The notes beneath the pieces are model-generated. The model saw nothing but the letters and a program-made list of their open reading frames with translations, did no database searches and was not told the DNA's origin. A stretch of 45,317 nt of DNA from Geosiphon pyriformis uo1. Lineage: Eukaryota > Fungi > Glomeromycota. Each line of letters opens with the position of its first letter. Position 1 is the stretch's first letter. Of this stretch, positions 36,862-45,317 are shown one piece after another. The stretch lies in assembly GCA_016748015.1 (NCBI GenBank), contig JAAOMT010000120.1:21737-67053 (forward strand), given 5' to 3'. The translations under genes were made by a program, and so were the position numbers.

Positions 36862-39317
36862 ATTTTGGCTGCCTGTATATAGTATTGACTAGTCATGAGA
36901 AAATTCGGTACTGTCCCAATTCCTGTTCATATGCCATCCCGAAAAAAACTTGTCCCAATAGATGTCCACGGTTAGCAATCCTTTGATAGGGCATTAGAGA
37001 CCATAGTAGTGCCTGACCCCATAGTATAAGCAACAGCTAAATATACCTCTGCTAATATAGCTCTTTCATTGGCACCTAATGTATAAGCTTTAAAAGTCTC
37101 TGCTAAATTGACACTGGTGCCAATTCTATACACATAGAAAAGACAAAAAAAGTATATTGGGGAGGATTTTTGATATTAGCTTTCAAAATGTTAAAAATGG
37201 ATTCTGGAGCAACATAATTTGCTCTTAGATAATCCGTAATATTTTGACTCATTTGTCGATCAGGGAGGATGGTATTTACAGTTTTGTTTGCAATTTCAAA
37301 ATAATAATTAATTAACGTCTTCTCTCTTGAATTATTGATATAAGGTTCAGTGGTGTTTGGAAAGCTATAAATATTAGTTTAATAGTTTGGTGCAGAGTTG
37401 TTTGAGGGATAATTATTTGTGGAATGATTTGGCATAGAGGTGTATGAGAGGCCGTAGCTATTTGTGGAATGAATTGGTAGAGAGTTGTTTAGAAGAGGAT
37501 AACTATTTGTGGAATAAATTGGTGCAGAAGTGTTTGGGAGGCCATGACTAGTTATGGAGTGAATTGGTGCAAAGTTATTGGAAGAGAGATTGGTCGACAA
37601 ATCAATTGGTGCAAAAGTGTTTGAAGAGGAGGAATAAATTGGTGCAGAGGTGTTTGGAGGGGGATGACTGATTGTAGAGTGAATTGATGCAAAGTTGTTG
37701 GAAGAGGGATTGGTCAACAAATCAATTGGTGCAAAAGTGTTTGAAGAGTAGAAGTAAATTGGTACAGAGGTGTTGGAGGGAGATTATTAGTCGTCGAATG
37801 AGTTGGTGGCGATGTGTTTGACAATGGATAAATATTAGTTGAATGGTTTGGTGCAAGGGGATGACTAGTCATTAAATTAATTGGTGGATGGTTTAGCAAT
37901 GGATAATTATTAGTTGAATGGTTTGGTGCAGAGGTGTTTGAAGAGGGATAACTAGTCTGGGAATGAATTGGTACAGAAGTGTTTGGAGGGGGATGAGTAA
38001 TCTTTGAATGAATTGGTGCAGAGGGGTTTGGAGAGGGATAATTATTAGTTGTATGGTCTAATGTAGAGTTATTTGAAGGGGGATTACTCGCTGCATGAGT
38101 CGATTCAGAGGTTTTTGGGAAATGATAATTATTTGTGAAATGAATTGGTCTAGAGTTATTGGGAGAAGGATAACTATTAGTGTGATGAGTTGGTGCACAG
38201 GTGTTTGAAGAGGGATAACTATTTGGGGAATGAATTGGTGCCGATGGGTTTGGAGAGGGATAATTATTGGTTGAATGGTCTGATGCAGAGTTATTTGAAA
38301 GGGGATTATTCGTTGCATGAATCAATTCAGAGGTGTTTGGCAAAGGATCAATATCAGTGGGATGAATTGGTATAGAGTTATTGGGAGAAGTATAACTGTT
38401 AGTGGGATGAGTGCAGAGGTGTTTGAAGACAGACAACTTATCGTGGGATCAATTGGTGCAGAATTATTTAGAGAAGGGTAGCTAGTGGTGGGATAAATTG
38501 GCTCAGTAATGCTAGAACTATTGTTGTTAGTGGTGGAATGAATTGGGTCAATAGTACTAAAACTATTACTATTATTGTTGTTGTTGCTATTGTTTTTGTT
38601 ATAATTATTGTTAATATGCAAAGAAGAAAAATTTAAAGAAAAATTTAAAGAAAAATTTAACTCCATCATTTTATCAGTTGTGCTCGTGGGAGTTTCCGTC
38701 CATTTAATTTTTAAAAGCTTTTGCGATAATTCTTCAATATCTGGATACTTGGTTGGTTCGCCATTTCACATTCTGTATAGAGTTTTATATATTTCTCTGG
38801 TGTCCCGGGAATTGATGTTTCTCATTTACCATGAGCAATTTGAACTTTAAAATAATAGAAAATTAAGAAAGCATCTAATAAGTAAATTTTTAGGAAAATA
38901 ACATCATAAGAGAAAATTTTTACTCTCGACATTCCAATTTTAATCATTAAACGGCGGACGGCCACTGGTTAATTCTCAATAAATAACGCTAATACTATGT
39001 ATATATCAGATTTTTGATCACGATCATAATTTTGTTTCAAAAAACATTGTGGCTCTATGTATGATAGATGACCACAAACTACAGAAAAGCAATTTTATTC
39101 TTTTTGATATCTTTGAATAGGCCAAAGTCACCAATCTTTATAGTGTCTCTATAAACGAGAATATTTAGGGAGTTCTGAGGTATTTTATAATTAGAAATTT
39201 TAGAAAATGATAAAACTTTTTTGATAATTAGCCAAATATAAATTTACTTACCAAGTCTCGATGAATAATATTTTCACTATGCAAACATGCAAATCCATTT
39301 GTGATATCTTGGGCAAA
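36862..39317 (-). pseudogene. TKL-type protein kinase - N/P/S/H-rich repeat linker - Sel1 repeats pseudogene
   Basis: Kinase motifs LHSENIIHRDL (intron 39251-39175), NILV..IKIGDFGL, YIEPQC, SDI.S..VIY*ELTSGRPPF and G.*ETSIPGTPEKYIKLYTEC. Sel1-like GQVFFGMAYE.GIGTVPNF...YYIQAAK. Stops and frameshifts; kinase N-lobe not seen. Confidence 0.88.
37340..38600 (-). repeat. Degenerate ~60-bp coding tandem repeat (PS.NTSAPIHSTNNY-like)
   Basis: Recurrent GAATGAATTGGTGCAGAGGTGTTTG-like motif on the + strand; ORFs 37379-37720 and 37714-38436. Confidence 0.85.
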
Positions 39318-42300
39318 CTAAAATGTATTAATAATTGTCTAAAAAGTCCCTAATCGGGGACTGTTTAGTATAATTTGTAAATTATAAATTGGTGATAAGT
39401 TAGAGATGATAATCATACAATGTGGGAGGTTTGTTTACTAAATTAGCGAGATTAAGACCAACCTTGCAGTCATTGAATATATTTTGATAATAGGGCCAAA
39501 AATTTACTCGTATCAATCCTAAATCCCAAATCTCAGAGAACTTTGTATTAAAAAATTAAGCAACAAATTATAAAAATTGTGAAACGAGTAATTGAGGATG
39601 AGCTATAAAAATCAAGTTAAATTTTTTTCTGAATTAAAAATTTTAAATAATACTGAAAGTGAATGATCTAAAAAGTCATTTTAGATAAACACAAAATATA
39701 AACACGCTCAAAGCTATGTTATTTTCTAAAATATATTAGAAAGATTATTCATTTTTTGATATTCCTTCTTTCTGTTTTAAGTTTTAATTAGAAGCAAGAT
39801 CTTATTGGTCCTAACCAGTAATACTCAAAATTTCAGGTTATAGGGAAGGTTTTTGACATAAAAATTAGTTAAGGCAAATTGTCTTAGGAAGGAAAGCGCG
39901 GCACTCAAATATTCAATTAAACCCTCCCACCCAGGGTTCAAACCCTGTGTGGGGCAAATCATATATCGATTATCTGTCCGGGAAGACATAAAACTATCCG
40001 TCGATGGAAGATGACGTTAATTAACCCATCCGATAAGATGTAAATCTACCCATCTGATATGATGTAAATCTTCCATCCGAAATGATGTAAAACTATGTTT
40101 TTTTTTTATCCAGTATGACGTAACCCTTCCGGAACGATGTGAAAACTAACCGGCGACATTAAATAAACCCATCCGAAGTGATGTAAATCTATCTGTCAAA
40201 GGAAAATGACATTAATCACCATTTGCAATGATGATAATAATTATGACCCCTAAACATAATATAAAAGTATTTTTTTATGGCCTAGTGAAAATAATATGTT
40301 TTGCAAATAAACTAGCTAAAGAATAAAAAAAGATAAAGAGGGTATTTAACCCAAATCCACGGCTTTGACAAAATTATTTAGCCAAATTTGAAAAATATAG
40401 CTTTTTTCGAACTATACGTCTAATATTTTCCTTGGCAATCTGTTTTCAGTTTTTCGTTATCATTATTTATGCTACTCCAAAATAAAATATGAGTTATCCA
40501 AATAGCTACCAATAAACTCATCACAATCCATCCTGGTGAGTAGACCTGCAAATACGGAAGCAGCAAATTCCGAAAAAATACCTCCAAGAGTAGTTTTATA
40601 GGATGTTAATATAAGAGAAAATTCTTTCGTCTTTTCATAATGGATATTTTCAATATTAAAAAACTGAAGTGCTCTCTCTCATTATTTATATCTTATTAGC
40701 AAATAATTAAATTCTTTTAATAAAAAACTAAGTAATATCTGAGATAACATTTCTTTTATAAGTGACTATTTTTTAGAATGAAAACTAGTAATCGTTTGAC
40801 AATAAATTTTTTGATTGAAAATGCTTTTCTTTTTAAGAAATAATAGAAATAGTTTATTATAATTAACGATTATTTATTTATCCATTTAATTAATAGTTAT
40901 AAAATAATTTTCAGCTGCGATGTATTTGATTCTATTTGATTCATTGAAAATCAGCAATTCACTCAAAACACAAAAAAAAAAATTATTAGGAATAAGCTAG
41001 TAAAATTCTCTTAAATATTTTGAATAAACTGACTTATTTTCAAAGAAATTAATGAAAGTTATTGCTTTAAAAAAAGCCATCTTAAGTAGTGATATAACAA
41101 AAAGACTATAAACTAAAACTCATGTAAATTTAAATTGTTTCTAAATATTTATAATTTGAATGATTAATTTATATCTTAATATATATATTTAAATGATTTA
41201 ATTATTTGTATAGAGTCTCTTTACAATAATATCGACAATTTTTAGCATAGCTTTTATTATTAAGATAAAAATTAATTTCATCAAAAAATTTATGGTTAAT
41301 GCAAGTTTTTTTAATATTGCTTTGATATTAATAGCAAAAAATTAAATATTCATTACCAAGTTGCATATAATATAATTAAAATTAAAATAATTCTACTTGA
41401 TTCAATTTTCTTTTTAAAAATTAGTTGATTGGGTCCAAAAAATAAATATACAATGAATAAATAACCATTAAATTGCAAAAATCTAATATTTTTACTTAGA
41501 TATTTATGAATTATACTCGAGTAGAACATAATTACCAATTTTTTAAAACTAAAAACATTGATAACTTATTTAATATTTACCATTTTAATTAATAAAATTG
41601 TCTTGTAAGCTTTAACGAGCTTTCATAATTTATGTAAAAACATTTGAACAATACATTTAAATAAAAAATTTAATATAAATATAATAATATAAAATCATTT
41701 AAAAAAAATTGGCTTTGTTAAATTACAATTATTTTTAACTATAATTTATAAAAATAACAAATACACAATAATTAATACTATTTCATATATATGATTAAAA
41801 ATTAACAGTTGGATTTATGATTTATTAATAATTTACATAAGAAGAAAATTTATATAAATACCAAGAGGTTAATTGTTACGAGGAAATATTTGATCAGAGA
41901 AATTCCAAACTGTTTCAGAACATTTGTGAATCGGCTTTGGGAATACAGACAAGGCCTGAGTTTTGGCCAACCAGTTATGCCACTTTTAACAAGAGAATCA
42001 GTCTGCTGGGATATATGCTGCAAAATTTTAGCAGCTTGTATGTAATGTTAATTGAGAAAAGAAAGCATTAATTAATTAATTAATTAATTCTGTTTTAAGT
42101 TGTGTAATAATGTTCAAGACCTGTTGCTAATCTTGTTGAATGCCGATACATTAAATAAAGCTATTGGAAATACAATTTGTTGTAATAATTGACTCCTTGA
42201 ACATCATAAGGAATGAAGTTTTCGAAATTATGCTGGTAATTCTGTATCTGTTTAACCCTCTGTAGATAGTTGGCTGTCAGTTTTATTTTGAGATAATTCA

Positions 42301-43490
42301 ATACAAATTGATATAGCTTGTTACAAACCACTTAAAAAGCGAAAAAAATTCGTTGGTGGAGTAATAATTTCTCTTTATATTGTAAAAGATCTGGCCATAT
42401 TGCTCATTAATGTTCTATGCAACCAGTTAATAAAATTTTAACAGCTTTGCCAAAAATTGATTAGGTTTAAATGCAGTAATGACTATACATTTGTATATTC
42501 TAACTTCTGTAACTAGTATTTAAAGTTCTGTTAGTACAGTAATTTTAATTTATTATTACTTCAGAGCAAGTTTTTGTTTTAGTTTTAAAATCCAACATTT
42601 ATTAACAGTTTGATGTTAGATTTCTAGTTATGTTTTTAGTTTAGTTATACTATTAGATTTAGACCATCAAGCTTAGTCTTAATATAATTACAGATCACTA
42701 ATTAATTCAAATGTTTTTTCTTGTTTTATTGATTAGAATTTGCAGTTTAACATAATATTTTGTTCATTTAAAAACAACACTCTATATTATTAGAAATTAT
42801 TAATAAATGTTTTATTATTTTAATAAATATTAATTAAAATATCCAGTAGTTAATTTTTGTTATTACTGAACATCAAAAAATTATTTTTAATGTTATTAAG
42901 AGTCTATATTATACTTTTATTTTGAAATTATCTTGGTTACAGCTGCATAATTTATTGATTAAATAAAAAACACATATTATTAAATTTTCAATATATTTAA
43001 AATATCAATAGCTGTTAATCAAAAAATTCTAAAAAAACTTTATTAGTTAAAGCTATATTCAATATATTAGTAAAAAAGCATAATTCGGAACTTGCTAATT
43101 ATTTTAAGTTTTTAATAAATGTCTCAATACTTTTTTTTAAGAAGAAAAATGGCATTTTTAGATTTTTATGAATTACCAGATTTTAATTAAATTATATTTA
43201 AAAATCTATATTTATTACTCTTAATTTTGAATTTATTGGATCAGTTATATTTTGTTTGTGTATTTACAAAGATTGATCTTTGAAATATTTACAACTTGAT
43301 ATAAATACATAAAAAAAATGAATAAAAATAACTTTTTAAATGCATATAACTATTTCAAGTATTTAGTTATGCTTTTTAAATTAACAAATGCTTCTGCTGT
43401 GTTTTAATATTTAATAAATAATATTTTTAAAAATTCTTTAGATTAAATTTTATTTATTCTAAAAACCAAAAAGAGCATAAAATATATATA

Positions 43491-44846
43491 CAAAGGGATA
43501 TAAAAAGTATTAAACACTTAATATAATATATAAAAAAGGCTATATATTGTAATACCATTACCAATTTAAGCCATAATTTTTTTTATAATTTCTTATAATT
43601 ATAATCTACATCTCAACATAAATCGCGTCCTTGTAAAACACAACAGTAGATCATACGCGTATATATAAAATATCAAACATTCTTGTCATGAAAAAATTTA
43701 CCACATTAAATGTGTCTTGGAAAAGAACTTTCTGAATACCAAAAAGGAGGGATTATTTCAGCAAAAAAATTAGGACATACAAACAGTGAGATTTCCACGA
43801 CTATTGAATGTTCACGTTCTTCTATAATACATGTATGAAGTCATACGAGCTAAAAAAACTTCCTAAAAAACGAACAGACTGACCACAAATTTTTGACAAA
43901 TGTGCACGTGAGCAACTCAAATATTCAATAATGGAGAATAAAAAAACCCACCACCAAACTCTTTATCAAATATGATTAAATTATATTAAAGATATCAACA
44001 AATCTATTTCTATACAAACTATTTGAAATGGATTAGCTTAAGAAGGACTTCACTCGTGCATTCCTCGTCTCAAGCCATTAATTTCCAAATCAAATAAAGA
44101 AAAACGTTTAAAATGGGCTCGTACTTATGAAAATTGGACAGTAGAAGATTTTAAACGAGTTGTTTGGTCAGATAAATCTACATAAACACAATTAAGAACT
44201 AAAGGATTTGGACGTGTATGGCGTAAACCTTCCGAAGAGTTTCATAAGGATTGTATTGCAGCCATAGTTAGAAAAAGCTTTGGTCGCATGTTTTGGGAAA
44301 GTTTTTTATGGGTTGGTTTGAATTCTTTAGTTCCTTTGATTGGTTATATTACTGGAGTTATACACTGGGAAACCTTGGCTAATTATGCAATTCCTATGGT
44401 AAAATTTTATGCAAAAAAAACTAAAAAAAGGTTTTTTTTTTAGGAAGACAATGCACCAATCCACACATCAAAAGTTGCGCGTTCTTTTCTTACCTCTTCA
44501 AATGTTGAATTACTTCCTTGGCCAGCACAAAGTCTTGATATTACTCCAATTGAAAATCTTTGGTCATATATTGAAGTTAAAATTCATCAACATAATTCAC
44601 AACCCTCAAATATTGTACAATTGGAACAGTGGGTTAAGGAAGAATGGGATGCAATACCTGTAAAATACTATCGTAATTTGATCAGGTCTATGCCATGTCA
44701 AATTCAAGCTATTCTTGAAGCAAATGGGGGGTCAAACAAAATACTAACATGTATTTTAATATAATAATAAAAAATTAACGATTCATAAGTTAGTTCTTTT
44801 ATATAACATATTATAAAAAGTGTCCAATATTTTTTATACTCCTCTG
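43491..44846 (+). mobile_element. Tc1 (DD34E-type) DNA transposon inserted into the gypsy RT
   Basis: Imperfect ~29-bp TIRs CAAAGGGATATAAAAAGTATTAAACACTT / reverse complement CAGAGGAGTATAAAAAATATTGGACACTT. TA flanks at 43489-43490 and 44847-44848. Confidence 0.9.
43710..44747 (+). pseudogene. Tc1 transposase pseudogene
   Basis: MCLGKELSEYQKGGI, KPLISKSNKEKRLKWA, VVWSD(K)S, F*EDNAPIH, WPAQSLDITPIENLW, LIRSMP..IQAILEANGG. In-frame stops and frameshifts. Confidence 0.92.
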
Positions 44847-45317
44847 TATCTTATTGTTTTTTATTTGCATATATTTTTTATTCAGAAAACCAATTATAAA
44901 ATATATGATAAAAAGCATATGGCAATTATTGCGGCTTTTAAGCAATAATAATATTACTTTATTAGTACTAATATTTAGTAATTGTTCTTTATAATTACAA
45001 AAATCTCCAATATTTTATAATAATACAAACACTAGATTAAAAACAAGTCTAGTGGTCAATTTTTTTGGCAAATTTTAATTTCAAAATTTTTTATTATTCC
45101 AGAACAAAATAAATACTTTTTTACATTATTTGAAGAAAAAGTAATGAAATTTATGTTTAACAAAAAACTCTGTTATTCACAGCTAAAAAATAGGAAATTA
45201 CTGCTTTTTTTTCCTTTTGTATTGATTTAAAGCTTTTAAAAGCAATTAAATAAGCTACAAGTATTAACAATTTTGCCAAGAAAATTATTAATAATATTTT
45301 GAATTCTATTTTATCTA

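Larger units (their letters stand above)
39493..45317. mobile_element. Long-TIR (MULE-like) composite element, copy Y, inverted relative to X and running off the window
   Basis: 39493-40482 is the reverse complement of 35798-36861, starting GGGCCAAAAATTTACTCGTATCAATCC. 44996-45300 is the reverse complement of ~34885-35183. Confidence 0.7.
41850..45317 (+). mobile_element. Decayed Ty3/gypsy retrotransposon (gag, CCHC knuckle, protease, RT, RNase H), interrupted by a Tc1
   Basis: gag: FGNTDKA*VLANQL, YAAKF*QLVCNVN*, VQDLLL, and knuckle LYCKRSGHIAH*C. Protease end: ILKLSWLQLHN (~42919). RT: FTKIDL*NIYNLI, FKYLVMLFKLTNASAVF*. RNase H: NYKIYDKKHMAIIAAFKQ**, YKNLQYF. Confidence 0.88.

Noticed and set aside
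37714-38669. Stand-alone mucin/adhesin-like gene
   Set aside because: It is the frameshifted linker between kinase and Sel1 remnants.
35798-40482. Single element with arms enclosing the kinase pseudogene as cargo
   Set aside because: No TSD at 35798/40482. GGG termini face the kinase, a third arm pairs with 35875-36861, and interior gypsy sequence is shared between X and Y. The two-copy model fits better, though this alternative is not fully excluded.

Overview
AT-rich, intron-rich eukaryotic DNA. It is most consistent with a Glomeromycota (arbuscular mycorrhizal) or related Mucoromycota fungus, inferred from the TKL-kinase/Sel1, Kelch-TM and HSPA12-like gene families, short GT-AG introns and TE types. 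There are two assembly gaps (405-699, 3866-4144). A central island of four apparently intact genes (15.5-28.5 kb) holds a 6-exon Kelch membrane protein, a small secreted Gly-Asn repeat protein, and two tandem HSPA12-like Hsp70 paralogs with N-terminal acylation motifs and a conserved 4-nt micro-exon. Both flanks are transposon graveyards: pogo, Tc1, hAT, LINE and chromoviral Ty3/gypsy remnants plus a TKL-kinase-Sel1 pseudogene. Two long-inverted-repeat element families stand out. The first is a ~7.9-kb Foldback-like element (2097-9956) whose termini are asymmetric tandem arrays of a ~300-bp unit. The second is two inverted copies of an element with ~0.9-kb TIRs and GGG termini (MULE-like; 33315-36861 and 39493 to beyond the window). 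These appear to carry already-dead cargo, namely a hypermutated chromovirus and a host-like gene fragment. All protein-family calls come from manual translation and motif recognition, not database searches.
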